From contig NW_026262690.1 of the NCBI RefSeq assembly GCF_021869535.1, positions 43,090,001 to 43,154,000 on the forward strand: DNA of 64,000 nt, given 5' to 3'. The position numbers were made by a program, and so were the translations under genes. The notes under the pieces are model-generated. The model had not been told where the DNA came from. It was given only the letters and a program-made list of their open reading frames with translations, and ran no database searches. Positions 24,101 to 36,284 of the stretch are shown here, piece by piece; positions within the stretch are counted from its first letter, which is position 1, and every line of letters starts with the position of its first letter. This DNA comes from Mytilus californianus (Eukaryota).

Positions 24101-27100
24101 TGCCAGTTTTCTTGCTAGATGTCAATGATTCTCTCAAGGTACCCTGGCTACCTCCACCAATAATAAAGAGCTGCACCATGAGCGCATGATATGCCCATTC
24201 CTTTTTCAAAGAATAATGTTCCATAACTCCTCAATGTCATATCAGAAATTTATAAAAAAACTAAAGGGAGCTTATTTTAATTGATATAAACCAGTTACCA
24301 AAGTTTCATGAAAACTGCTCAAAGCATTTTGAGTTACCGGTATTGTCAGAAAACTGGAAAATCCCCTTTTTTAATGAATAAAACCCCAAAACTCAGAAAC
24401 ATAAAATCAAAAATTTATAAAAATCGAAAGGGAGCTCACGTAAATAGATATAACAATTCACCAAAGTTTCATGCAAATTGGTCAAAGGGTTATTGAGTTA
24501 TTGTATGACATGTTGACAACGAACAAACAGATGGACGGATGGACAACGGTATACCATAATACGACCCGTAAATGGGCGTATAAAAACTAACCGCTATGAT
24601 ATAGTTAAAATCCATGAAAGTGGAATGAACCACAACAAACAAACAATTTTACAAGGGTTATGGGTGAATATGAGGTTGTAAATTAACTCAAGGGACAATC
24701 TTAACCATGCTGAAAGTTAGTTATAAGCTCAATTAAAACCTTCAAATAATTGACATGAAAATGAATAGAAGGTCAAATGCAGGGTTAAACATAGACTTGA
24801 AAATAATTTTTTTTGCTTCTTCTCCACTAAGCATGGGGAACTAAGGACTAGGAGCAGTCTGGTAAGCTTAGAATCATAATAATGTGTCCTGGTCTTCTTG
24901 CTGACTGTTACCTTGTGAACTACCACATTAAAAATCCAGCTGAGCGTGTCAGACTTTTACAAAGCAGGGTTCATATGCACAACACATTAACATTTTCTAG
25001 TCCTGGTATGCATGTAATATAAGCCACTGGATGTCAAAAACCTATTCATCATCATCAACATCATCATGTATCTTTTTGTTTGGTGTGTTGTATTTTTTGG
25101 AAGATTTTATTTGATAAGGTGTTGTATCATTGACTAGTTCCTTATTGAATATCAGATAAGACATTGTTCCTCTGATGCATGGTTATTTCCCAGGTTTTAT
25201 TGTCTCATGTACATCTATCCTAAATCATTCCTCCCCCTCCAAATACTTCTGGCAATAACTAAATATTAAATTCATTTGAATTATACAGTTTTATCAGAAA
25301 ACTTACCCCTGGCCATATAAAAACTATCTGGATACAAAAGCTTAAAACTAAATAATACAAATATACATTCTACTGAGAATGACCCTCGGTCTACAAAATC
25401 ACCATTAAATAACTGAACAAAGGTTAAGGAATTTCTACTTATATAATTTTACAGCCCATATTTCAAGGATGTTTCACCTTTAAAAGGGTAATATGTTTTC
25501 CAGAATATGAATTGAATTCTCAATGCTATATTTTCTTACACACTTCATTGTTGTTTCTAAAACAATGTTGATACTATTTGTGTATGTTAACTTTACATAG
25601 AGATACAAGCTAAATAGCAGCGAAACAGCAACCCAACAACACATAACAGGACAATATGATCCAGTGGTGGATTAAGGGGGCGTAGAGGTCGTAAGCACCC
25701 ATTTCAATATAAGTTATATCATTTTTAGCATAAAATCGTCCAAATTTTTTTCATATATTTTGTTATCTTCAATTATGCCCCCTTAAAAAATCATTGATCA
25801 GCCTCTATGATCAAACAGCTTTTTGATATTTATAATCATTTCATTCAAACTCTATAATACCACTTAGTGTCATAAATTTTTGTAAGCTGATGTTATAAAG
25901 GATACATAAGGATTATCTACAGAAGGTAAACCATTTAACTTAAATATATTAAGTAGATCATAATACTGCCCATGTATATCCCCACATATAGTAAACTTCT
26001 GTCCCTGAAAATAGAAATCATTTCATTGATTACATTTCGTTTTTATTAAGTCCAATAACTGATACGCAGATATACAGAAGAAATTAAATCTTTAGATCAA
26101 TTATGTGAATTTGTGTTCACAAAGTTAACTTCTTTTGAGAACTGCAGTAAAATAATTGCTTTTTTTTGTAAGTTTATGAGTAAATAATTCATAAAAATAC
26201 TGTTTATTTATTTTAAGTTGTATCTATATAGGTAGAATGGCAACTAAGAGATCTGAATCAAAAGTCAATAATACAGAATTTTGTATAGGCTATTAACCTT
26301 TATTGTAGACAATGAAATTAGTGTCAACAAGCAGATACATCAAAACAAGCCATTTTCTTCCCTATGCCTGTATTTTCTTCCCTATGCCTGTATTTTCTTC
26401 CCTATACCTGTATTTTCCTTTATTATTGGCATGAAGAAGTGATTTACTGAAACATCACAAAGCCAGGATACTTCAAATGAAATTTTTAGATGAAAATAGT
26501 CCATTGTGTTCATCTTACCTTTGGCACATCTATATCAACAAGTGAAGGTAGATCTTTAAACAGTTCTTTAATTTGCAATAATATCTGAAAATAAATCACA
26601 GATAAAAAGTAACAAATATATAAAATTACATAACTGTATCTTTAAATAAATAAAGTAAATGCAACATCAATATACCCATATGTTCATACTTTAGGGAATA
26701 CAATGTATAAATGTTGCAGTAAAAGGTTTGTGCACTTGTGAGTGATATTTGTATGTTAGAAATAAAACTGAATTTTGTGATGAACAAAAAATATTATACC
26801 ATTGAAAAACACATGATAGTAAAAGACAATTCATATGTAAATGGAAATAAGTTATATTAAAAGGTAAATTCCTAAGCATTACCACCTGCATGTAAGATAG
26901 CTCTCATTGAAGAACATCAAGTAAAGGTTCACACGCACAGTTCTTTATATCATTTTTGATGTATTTCATAATATTTTTGTTACCTTTACCTGATATCCAT
27001 CTTTTAAATACTTTAATCAAGTATTAAGCAAATGCATGTTCTATTTAGTACCCTAGTTTTTTTAACAGATAACAAAACATTACTTACCTTTATTCAACCT

Positions 27101-30100
27101 CATCAATAGTTGTACTTATTTGAAATGATCTGTTTAGGGGAATACTCTGAGTGCATTTTCAGAGAATATATACTATGTAATAATTACATTACATATATGT
27201 TTCATTATCATACATTATTTTGATTGGCTAACAGCAATCTCGCGTCATTCTGAAACCAACCTTCATTTCAAAATGAAATGTAACATTCATGATGACACGA
27301 GCTTCCACAATAAAGTGCACAGGTAAATAAAAGAAAAACTTGATAGAAATCGTGTTTTCATGATCCTAGCAAAAAAATGCAATTATAAGTATTAAATGCT
27401 TCTTTTAGTAACTTTATAGGGTTGTAAAAGCGTTGACTGTCATGACTGTGCGCACATTTTTAGAATGAATCGCTTCCGTGCTTCATACAAAATGTACTTC
27501 TGTCACAAATTTACAAAAACAAGCATTCAATTCTTAAATAAATACTTTTCTAACAGATTTTAACCAGTTTTTAAAGTCTGGAGGTAAATGGGGACATCAA
27601 GTTACAGGCTAAAGAATACTTTCAAAAGGTCAAATCTGCTAATCTTGAAACTGATACAAGATTACAATTAGATGTATGGAAAGCCTTTTTGTTTATTCTA
27701 TTATTAATGAAAATAATTGAATGGAATAACAGGGGCAGTTCAATTTACTTCAATTTGGTTTAGTGGAATATTATAATTCAAATCCTAAACTATAAGGGAC
27801 AGGGGTCTTTTACGGATTTTTCTTATAAAGTGCACGTGATAAATACATTTTTTACCTGGAATGCAAATCTACTGTGTAATTTCTTCTGGTCTCTAAATGT
27901 ATCAAGTAAATCTTGTACAAATTTAAGTGTAACCTGTCCGTTCTCTAAAACTGGTCCTGAGTAGTCTCCCTCAATTGCTACAAATCAAAACAATACATGT
28001 GTTAATATAAAGTTAGAGAAGATCATAAAACATTGCAAGACAATGCTTTCAAATCTAACAGTTCTCTAAAATTATTCTATATGTATAAACACCGTACCTA
28101 AGAACAAGAACATATTCTTTTAATAGTCTTTTTTAGACGAAAAAACTAAAATCTACATATTGGAAGACAAAGTATGAAAATTTTACCCACAGAAAGTTTG
28201 GTCATGATAAACCTAATAGCTTTCATTATACATACTCAATGACTCCAAGTCAATAGTTTCTGACACGGGTTTCTCTTCCACTGCAATAGCCTTCTCAAAG
28301 GCTATTCTTTTAACAATTTTGCCACATTCATTAAACTTTGCCCTTGCATCTTTATCACTTGGCTTCACTTTCACAACCTGAAAATATAGGTATTAATTTA
28401 ATGTTGTAACTCCAATCCCGTCCCCTTTTCCCGAATGTGACCTACCGAATTAGACTTATTACCGGGTTTGTACTAACATGAGCAACATGACGGGTGCCAC
28501 ATGTGGAGCAGAGTCTGCTTACCCTTCCCGAGCACCTGAGATCACCCCCAGTTTTTGGTGGGGTTCATGTTGCTCAGTCTTTAGTTTTCTATGTTGTGTT
28601 TTGTGTACTATTGTTTGTCTGTTTGTCTTTTTCTTGTTTAGCCATGTCGTTGTCAGTTTATTTTCGACTTATGAGTTTGAATGTCCCTTTAGTATCTTTC
28701 GCCTCTCTTTTACATTATAGCGTTATCATTTATAAACAGAGTGTACAGAAAAAGACATGGGTACAGGTGTCACTGTTAAAATACTTTAAAAAATGGTAAA
28801 GTCTAATAATTCTAGTAATAAGCTATTGACTCAGAGATATGTCTGGCCTCTTAAAATAGCAATACTTTAACATGTAAAATATGCAAAATATTTAAGTCAA
28901 TGAACTAAGACTGAAGGTACAGGGTCTAATGAATTCCCTGGAAATAAGATATGTCAATACTTATTCAACTGCATACCAAATTTCATTGACTTATCATAAG
29001 TGGTTCCCTTTAAACTGACCTAATCACAAACTTTAACATGTTACCTATGCAAAAGTTTCCAAGTCAATAAACCATGACTGAAGGCATAGGGCCTAATAAT
29101 TTTCCTGGAAATAAGATATGCCAATGCTAATACAACAGCATACAAAATAGCATTGACTTGTCATGAGTGGTTCCCCTTAAAGGGACCTAATCACAAACTT
29201 TTAACTAATTATTGATGCCGCCGCAAAGCGAAACAGCACACATGAGGGGGAATGCCCTTTACCGTCAAACGGTCATTTTCGGCTACCGTTAGCATCAAAA
29301 TGGTTAAAATTTTATCGTGATTCGTCAAAATATTCTTATCGAGATTCATCAACGGTCTCAAATAATTATCTTTTACTGTTATTTTTGGAAAAAATTTAAC
29401 GTGATTCATCAAAAGCAGTCAATTTTTTTTTTAACATCATTAAGAAAATGTACATTTCATCGTCATCCATCAAATTACCGTTGACGTCATTAGGCAAGAT
29501 TTTTTACCATTATTTGTCATGAAGGTACCCCCATTGCAACCTCATACATAAGCCTCCATTAAGGGAAGATAAAAAATTGTTAAATCAAAATGGTTGTAAA
29601 ATACGGTCAACTACACGATTGCAAACAATTCTTCTAAATATGAGAGTTTTCGGTCAAACCTTCTCAAAGGAGTTGTGTTCCTAAAGTGTTTTGAACTAAC
29701 CAAAGGTCTGACGGATACTATTACAATATTCCCACAGTGCGACGCGGAATGACAATAAACTGCTTGATAAACAGAACTTTAGAATTGACCTTAATATAAA
29801 GTGATTCTCCACATTGGCCTCTGCTATAAAACTCATACAGGTCTAGAATATCTGTGGTACAGTGCATTGTGGAGGCCATGACTAATTCTACCTGTGGTAC
29901 CATGGACCATGAAATGACTTGCTTAAAATAAGGTCAGTTTGCAATAACAGCATTGGTCCATGGAATATATACCTGATACCCCACCTGCTGCCAGACTGGT
30001 ACATCACTACATGTCCATTGTAAGAGGCCATGTTTACCTCTACTTCTAGTACCATGGCCCATGCTAAGCATCATTTATTCACTTGAAATACTGTAAATTC

Positions 30101-33100
30101 AGAAATTATTGTAATGTTTTTATTATTGCGAAAAATGCGACAGGGTTATAATCGCAATAATTTAAACTTGCATTTTGAAATTTTTATCTAAATTAAACAA
30201 GATTTTTCTCAATATCGCAAAAATTAGAATCGCATTTTAGTCTAAAATGACAAAATGGCAATAATAAATGCACGCAATAATTTCTAAATTTACATTAGTA
30301 ATGTTAATTGAAGAACAAATTTTTAAAAAGTAAAAATAATCATATAATGCTTACAGCTTCAAAATCTTTCAATGCAAGTTTGAATTTCCCCAGGGCCATG
30401 TTAGCTGATGCCCTTCTGTAGTAAGCCTGAAAAATACATAGAAGAATGTAATAAAATTATTATCGTGACTTTCCAACCATTGACAGGATGTATTACATGT
30501 ATTTCCTACTGTCAATTCCAATCAAATCTCCTCAGTTTTTGTCATTATTAGATTTAACTTTGAAACAGAATACAGATAATCTAGTTCCTACTGGCCCATT
30601 ATTTTCAGAGGAGAAATTTTTGAAAAAATTAAGACCTACAAACAGAAACTAAATGAAAGTATCATCTCACTCTAGACTGGTAAGCTAACAAATAATGTTT
30701 TTGAAAGCTTAAAAACTGTATATTGACCTGCAATTGTAAGCAATAAGTTAATTCTGGTCAAATGCATCTTAAAAGTTTTATTAACATAATGATTGGACAT
30801 CGCATGTCTATAAATGGGGGTACTAGATATCATTCAGTGGTCCAGCTCTGGTAATATTATTTGCAGGGGAACTAACTCAAAGGTTATGTTGGTAGAGCAT
30901 AGTCTAGTTTCCTTTGGCAATACAGTTTTAATTAATAGTCAATAAAACTTAAAATTGGATTTTCATATATTAATCATTCACAAATAGATATATTGTACAT
31001 ATTTACATTGCATGTCATCTTTGAATTAAACATCTCTAGGTCATCATGATTTGATTCAATCCTCAATTATGAAAACTTCAAATAAAAAGAGTTCATTGTA
31101 TATAACAATGTAGAATAACACTTTTTCAGATCCATCTTTCTCAAACCTCAAAAAACTACACTTTTCAAACAATCATCCATTTTATATTATTAGCTACCAA
31201 ACCAATCAAAATACACAACTTCCAAAAAGGGAGAGGGGGTATCTTTTAATTCCACTAATTAAACTATAGTCCCTTAGATACCTTTTTATTAATTAACACT
31301 TTTAAGGTAAAGAATTAATTATGTAAGAAAATAAAACATCTTTATCCTGTCTACAATAGGAAATGGCTTATAAGCTTACAATTGCTATTTGACTGATAAT
31401 CAAACATAGTATAATCTTTTAAAGGTAATCAAAATAATTGCACAAGTATTAATGCCTTAATCCCTAATCCAGAATTTAGAAATCTATGCCTAATTATGAC
31501 ATTATTTATACATGTAAAAAGTCAAAACATAGTCTTGACATATTCATCTCAAGCACTGAAATTAAGCATTATAAACAAATATAGATTTGCTAAACACAAT
31601 CATATGCAATTTTTGCTAATGAAAAATTGGTGGTACCTACTATAAGATAAAAATGACACTGGCATTTTTAAAATTCAAAATTGAAACAACAAACCTTTAT
31701 GTAAGATCTGTCCAACTGTAATGCCATAGTAGCATCAGTTAAAGCAAGACCAAACATTTCTGTTTTGATGTAAGCAAAGCTTCTGTTTCCAAAATATGCT
31801 GCTACATGAGGCCATTTTTCAATAGCTTGGCTGTACAATTCTATTGCCTTTACATAGTCTCCATCTAATATATATAATATAAACTATTATCAACACAATA
31901 CATATTTTTATATAATATTACCTGTTAAAGTGTTAATACAAAAGCATTATTTCATGGATTACATTTACAGGACCATGAACCAGTACTTCCTTATAATGTC
32001 TTCAAAGTTTCAAATTGCACGTTTGAATAACAAGATTTACAGAGAAACAGAAATTGCCAAGGGAGATATTTTTATAGCCGATTTAGCTATTTTAGCTAAA
32101 ACTGCAAATAAACAATGTGTATTAAAGTTTGTTGTATACATGGTATATATGTGTGAAAAAAATATGATCTTTATGATATTTCTGTGTAATTTTTTTTAAC
32201 TTTAATCACAATTTAAGGGGGCAGTATGTGTCTCAATAAATTTATCAAAAACTAAGTTTTACTGGAACTACATGTAATACAAGAAGGGACTTTAAACTTC
32301 TAGCAATAATCAACAATTGCTTGATTTTTCAAGCCCAAGAGCTACTTATATAAAAATAAGGAGATGAGGTATGATTGCCAATGAGACAACTATCCACCAA
32401 GTTCAAATAAAGTAGATGTAAGCATTTATATGCAACCATTTGGCCTTCAACAATGAGAAAAGCCCATACTGTATAGTCGGCTATAAAAGGCCCCAAAATG
32501 AATAATATGAACAATTCAATTGAGAAAACTAACGGCCTAATTTATATCAAAACAGTTAACGAAAAAACAAATATGACAGACATGAACCAACGACAACCAC
32601 TGAACTACAGGCTCCTAATTTGGAAAGGCGGGGTTTAACATGTTTGTGAGCGCTCAACCCTCCCCTAACCTGGGACAGTGGTGTAACAGCACAAGATAAG
32701 AAAAAACTATAAAAATCGTGTTGAAAAAGGCTTAACTCATCAGACCGATTCAAAGCAGAAAAAACATCAAACATAAACACAGAATGGACTTGGCAGGGTA
32801 TTTATCCATCCCTCATCCCTAACAACAAAAAAGGACACTAAGAACAGATCTGAGACTACTCGCAGTTACTGACAGCTACATGTAGTTCAAAGCCAATAAC
32901 AACTATTAAAAAAAATTTGTTCTTTTCTTTTGATCTACACTACATACAATTATTCTGTCTCAAATATAAATTATTATGAATAAGCTAGATGTGGTTTTTT
33001 TAGAGAAAAAAAAAATAGAATCCGTATAAAACAAGAGGCTCATGAGAGCCTGATATCGCTCACATGTAATTTCAGTTTCAGACATTTGACTTATTTGTAG

Positions 33101-36100
33101 ATCTTACTTTGCAGAACAATTTTGTCATTTACACTTTCTCTCTTTCTTAAATAATATTAAATAACCCAAAACTTTAAAATTTCCTAAAAATTAACCATTT
33201 CTGGACAGTAACCCAACAATAAGTTGTCCTATTGGTCTGAAGATTACTTGACAGGTAAAAATAAACTATTTCCAACAGTAACCCAACAATGGGTTGTCGA
33301 ACTTGTCTGAAAATTTCATAACAGATAGATCATGAACCATTTATTACTTTAACTCCATTTCACTTTTGCTCTAACTGCTGTAGTTTTTGAGATATAAGAC
33401 AAAAACTGCTTTTGTCCCCTATGTTCTATTTTTAGCCATGGTGGCCATGTTTGTTATGGATCAAAACTTCGGATACAATTTATAAACTAGATACCCTAAG
33501 GAACATTCAGTTAAAGTTTGAAGGTATTTGGCCCAGTAGTTTCAGAGGAGAAGATTCTTGAAATAGTTTACGACGACAACAGGCGACAACGGACGCCAAG
33601 TGATGGCATAAACTCACATGGCCCTCAAAGGGCCAGGTGAGCTAAAAAGGAATGCAAGGACAGTCTATCTTACTTTTAAATCAAAGCTACATGGATCTGA
33701 TTCACTAGGGACAATAAGCAAAATTTGTAAGTTACCTAGTCTAAACTCATAAAAATGCAATAAAACAGCTATGTGTTATTCAATTTATCATACTGAATGT
33801 TCTATTGTTATTGTCTTTTAAATTTTAAATTGAAAGTACTTAACTATGATGTCATGTACATACCAATATTACAGTTATTAGAAAAACAACAAAAGTGAAG
33901 CAAGATGTATTTTCTATTTTGACAGTGAATGAAAAAGTTCTGAGGCCAAAAATATAACTTGCGAATTGTCTTTAAAATTATTGATGTAAATTTAATTCAT
34001 TGTCTTTTGATTCATCGATTTTTGATTGGTCTGCAGGAGCGGTTGACATTCAAAAAATTGTCTCCTGCTGAGCCATGGGATAAATTATGGGTAGGTCTTT
34101 TCACCGCCGAACACCACTGCACACCATCGAACACCGCCAACCACCCCAAACGTGAATTGAAACTATGAAAAAACACTTATGTGTTTCAATAAAAGCAGAA
34201 AACTGTTGAATTTGTTGATTTTTTTATCGCAATTTCAAAGAATAATTAAACGGAGAATACACATAGCGTTTGTGAGTCTATTTATTACGTTATTGTTTCT
34301 GTGAATCAAATACATATATATTGAAGTCATTATTAATTTTTTTCAGATTCATTGTCTATTTCAATACAATTATTGAAGGTATTTTTTTGGTCCTGGGCAG
34401 ATGAATTCTTTTTTTATTTTGTTCAATATATATATTTACGACAAAAACTGTTTTTCAAATAATATTTAGAGAAAGTGTCGATATAGGAAAGTTTTTTTTT
34501 ATTCTGGACAAAAACGACACTTCATCGGATTATTAATTTACTGAACAATTTCAGAACACAGGAGCTTGGACGACAAAAACTGTTTTCCAAATAATATTTC
34601 GAGAAATTGCCATTTAAGGAAAGTTTGTATTCTGGACATAAACGACACTCAATTCATCAGAATATTACTTTACTTAACAATTTCAGAACATGGGAGCTTG
34701 GATGACATACATGTGTTCTAAATGTATGATAAATCAATTTTAGCCTGACAAACGTCTGGAAGGGGGGATTAACAAGATTAAACGTGATAATCGCCAATCA
34801 AACAAATTCAGGTTTTTGACCAACCAAAATTCCTACAGGTAATGCCAAATGCAGCACATGTATCCTCAAAAATGGGAAAAGTATAATGTAATTTAGTTTT
34901 AAATTATTTTGGGGTGTTTGGCGGTGAAAAGACCTACCGATAAATCATCTCCCTTGTATTAGCCAATCAAAATCTGTATAATAAACTTGTTTATTCACAG
35001 TTTCATTTTCATATAATAGTATTTGATATTTGTACATGTATATTTGGGTACAAAAATGTGTGTTTTAAATAATGAAAAAACCTCCATATCATTAAGAGAT
35101 CAATAACTTAAATTCTTAGAAAAAATGCATTTTTCAATACTATTTTTATGAAAATTATAAAACAAATATTCCGTAACAAATAAACTATGCCACCCTATGA
35201 GACGTCCTCTTTTCAACCATATAAAGTAATTAATACAACAAATGATGAATTCATTCACCTTACGAAATTAAAATATTTGAATGATTTGCAAGGATGGATT
35301 CTCTAAATATATGAACACCAGGAATACAACTAAAAAATGAAATTATGGAATTGAGATTATGAAAATTGCCCTATGCCACTCTTAACAATCATTTCTCTTC
35401 AAATGTCATATTTTTAATTAATACCAAAAGGCAATCCTAAGACATGTAAGAGTTAGATATATACTACTAAGACCAATGGTTAAACAGAGAAATGCTCCGA
35501 AACAGTCATTAACATTCAATTTTGTGGAGCAATGAAATTAACGAATATTCTTAAACAAGTCCCTTTATATATAATGGTCCCCATTTGTATCAAAATTTTG
35601 AAACGAGGGATGGGATTATTTGTTCACACTACTTGACGAGTGAAAAAAGATGCATGATTATATTCTGCATCTCTTCCTTACTATGTCTGCAAAGCTTCAT
35701 ATTGCACTTCCAAATGATAAGCAAGAGACAAAAATTTCATTAAAATATTTGCCAAGGGAGATAATTTGTAGCCTTCTTAAGCTTATATAAGCTAGATATG
35801 TAGATTTGCAAAACTCCTAAATAGAATCCCAATAGTCTGGTAAATCTATTCATTTTTTTTAATAACCATTAAATGAACGGACTTACTGGACAAACAAAAT
35901 TACCCCCCACCATCCTTTTGTGTCTTGACCTGGTGGATCATTATGTAATACCAGGGCAATAAAAATAGAGATATAAAAATACTGGTACAATACTGGAATA
36001 GAATTTTACACCAGCATTAGTAAAAATAGCGTGGTATAACAGTATTAGGATCTCCAAGCACTGGAGATTCCTTTTTTCTTTGACTCATAATCTGCTAATT

Positions 36101-36284
36101 TGCATCAACACTGCACATAGAACTGACAAATATACGTAAGGATAACTGTGAAACTTGTTTTACTTTTGAAAAACTCGTTTGCCGCTTCTTTCAGTTTTTC
36201 TGCTTCTGCTTTAAGCTCCTCTGGTGATTGTTTGTTTAGTATTTCCTCGTCTTTTTCCTTCTCTTCCACATTTTCAGCATCCAT
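15132..36284 (-). CDS. PPP5C: Serine/threonine-protein phosphatase 5 (TPR domain plus PPP catalytic domain), 14 coding exons, 495 aa
   Basis: Exons 36164-36284, 31695-31864, 30355-30426, 28236-28377, 27856-27977, 26519-26584, 25906-26004, 25307-25412, 22561-22621, 22065-22146, 20471-20558, 17635-17854, 16975-17056 and 15132-15188 join in frame (1488 nt, all phases compatible). Contains the TPR repeats, GDIHGQ, GDFVDRG, RGNHE, HGG, RSHE and SAPNY motifs, and the C-terminal [12 protein letters not shown]. Confidence 0.97.
15422..15758. repeat. Minisatellite, 38-bp unit, about 9 copies (PP5 intron 13)
   Basis: Unit tagccatgaactggtatgttcatagtatacatagtcct. Confidence 0.95.
16031..16324. mobile_element. 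Foldback MITE (Tc1/mariner-like: TA flanks, CAG...CTG ends)
   Basis: Arms of about 135 bp are near-complementary; flanks read ta|cagc...gctg|ta. Confidence 0.75.
16597..16838. repeat. Minisatellite, 24-bp unit, about 10 copies (PP5 intron 13)
   Basis: Unit ttaatataatgtttgctgttcgtg. Confidence 0.95.
16975..17056 (-). CDS. PPP5C: PP5 exon 13 ([27 protein letters not shown])
   Basis: tttcag acceptor, GTAAGT donor. Confidence 0.95.
17635..17854 (-). CDS. PPP5C: PP5 exon 12 ([11 protein letters not shown]...RSHE...SAPNY)
   Basis: LWSDP, RSHE and SAPNY motifs. Confidence 0.97.
18235..20457 (-). mobile_element. HINE-like element, family A, near full length, in PP5 intron 11
   Basis: Terminal subTIR and hairpin, two internal satellite-like arrays and a 35-bp minisatellite. 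Confidence 0.85.
19356..19575. repeat. 35-bp minisatellite, about 6 copies, inside the family A element
   Basis: Unit tgcgcaatactgtgcaattgaagatttcttgctat. Confidence 0.9.
20471..20558 (-). CDS. PPP5C: PP5 exon 11 ([29 protein letters not shown])
   Basis: HGG motif; GTAGGT donor. Confidence 0.96.
21206..21400 (+). mobile_element. 3' tail of Penelope-like element (subfamily 1), in PP5 intron 10
   Basis: ggagcacctgagatcacccccagtttttggtggggttcgtg...; matches 40650-40825. Confidence 0.75.
22065..22146 (-). CDS. PPP5C: PP5 exon 10 ([27 protein letters not shown])
   Basis: AC acceptor preceded by TCCTTAAC; GTAAGT donor. Confidence 0.93.
22147..22560 (-). other. U12-type AT-AC intron (PP5 intron 9)
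   Basis: Donor ATATGCTTTT, branch site TCCTTAAC (22163-22156), then 9 nt ending in AC. This is the only junction found that restores EVKSKYSSKM. Confidence 0.88.
22561..22621 (-). CDS. PPP5C: PP5 exon 9 ([20 protein letters not shown])
   Basis: GNHE motif; followed by the AT-AC intron. Confidence 0.95.
22737..23945 (-). mobile_element. HINE-like element, family C (gtcgagcc...agctcgac, (ggc)n, core tandem repeats of about 160 bp)
   Basis: Repeated gaaccatgaaaatgaggtcaaggtca units; minus-strand end ...gtgtgcactcttgtt. Confidence 0.8.
24161..24586 (-). mobile_element. HINE-like element, family E (atacgccc...gggtcgtat)
   Basis: T-run, subTIR with inverted repeat, (tcca)/(tccg) microsatellite, 3' gggcatatcatgcgctcatggtgcagctctt. 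Confidence 0.65.
24800..24970 (+). mobile_element. Decayed MetaSINE-like fragment
   Basis: agaatcataataatgtgtcc...aaaaatccagctgagcgtgtc resembles 61700-61840. Confidence 0.45.
25307..25412 (-). CDS. PPP5C: PP5 exon 8 ([13 protein letters not shown]...FYMAR)
   Basis: GDxVDRG motif; GTAAGT donor. Confidence 0.97.
25413..25905 (-). other. U12-type GT-AG intron (PP5 intron 7)
   Basis: Donor GTATCCTTTA; branch site TTCCTTAAC (25431-25423) ends 10 nt before the 3' end; no long polypyrimidine tract. Confidence 0.93.
25906..26004 (-). CDS. PPP5C: PP5 exon 7 ([18 protein letters not shown]...DNPY)
   Basis: GDxHG metal-binding motif; followed by the U12 donor GTATCCTTT. Confidence 0.97.
26351..26418. 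repeat. 20-bp tandem repeat, about 3 copies
   Basis: Unit tattttcttccctatgcctg. Confidence 0.85.
26519..26584 (-). CDS. PPP5C: PP5 exon 6 ([22 protein letters not shown])
   Basis: ttcag acceptor, GTAAGA donor. Confidence 0.93.
27383..27541. repeat. Imperfect palindromic repeat in PP5 intron 5
   Basis: The arm aagtattaaatgcttcttttagtaa pairs with ttacaaaaacaagcattcaattctta. Confidence 0.5.
27856..27977 (-). CDS. PPP5C: PP5 exon 5 ([13 protein letters not shown]...SRFAFQ)
   Basis: ttgtag acceptor, GTAAAA donor. Confidence 0.95.
28236..28377 (-). CDS. PPP5C: PP5 exon 4 ([15 protein letters not shown]...IDLESL)
   Basis: tttcag acceptor, GTATGT donor. Confidence 0.95.
28405..28712 (+). mobile_element. 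3' tail of Penelope-like element (subfamily 1), about 27 nt from the exon 4 acceptor
   Basis: Colinear with 40530-40825, directly downstream of the RT relic. Confidence 0.75.
30091..30298. mobile_element. MITE with TIRs and TA flanks (Tc1/mariner-like)
   Basis: ta|ctgtaaattcagaaattattg ... caataatttctaaatttacattag|ta. Confidence 0.7.
30355..30426 (-). CDS. PPP5C: PP5 exon 3 ([24 protein letters not shown])
   Basis: tttcag acceptor, GTAAGC donor; TPR3. Confidence 0.95.
31695..31864 (-). CDS. PPP5C: PP5 exon 2 ([14 protein letters not shown]...DRSYIK), TPR
   Basis: AG/GT boundaries; peptide matches PP5 TPR1-2. Confidence 0.95.
32335..32910 (+). repeat. Same interspersed repeat family, in PP5 intron 1
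   Basis: Colinear with 43256-43885. Confidence 0.85.
33030..33648 (-). mobile_element. HINE-like element, family B, in PP5 intron 1
   Basis: Ends similar to 12008-13068. Confidence 0.75.
34089..34939. mobile_element. Non-autonomous TIR element with 9-11 bp TSD (Mutator/MULE-like)
   Basis: TIR ggtaggtcttttcaccgccRaacacc (25/26 match); flanks ataaattat and ataaatcat. Confidence 0.7.
36164..36284 (-). CDS. PPP5C: PP5 coding exon 1 (MDAENV...AANEFFK)
   Basis: ATG at 36284 (alternative in-frame ATG at 36296); donor GTAAAA, phase 1. Confidence 0.85.

Noticed and set aside
28478-28799. ORFs at 28478, 28494, 21208, 21280, 8543 and 8565
   Set aside because: They lie within the non-coding 3' tail of the Penelope-like repeat.
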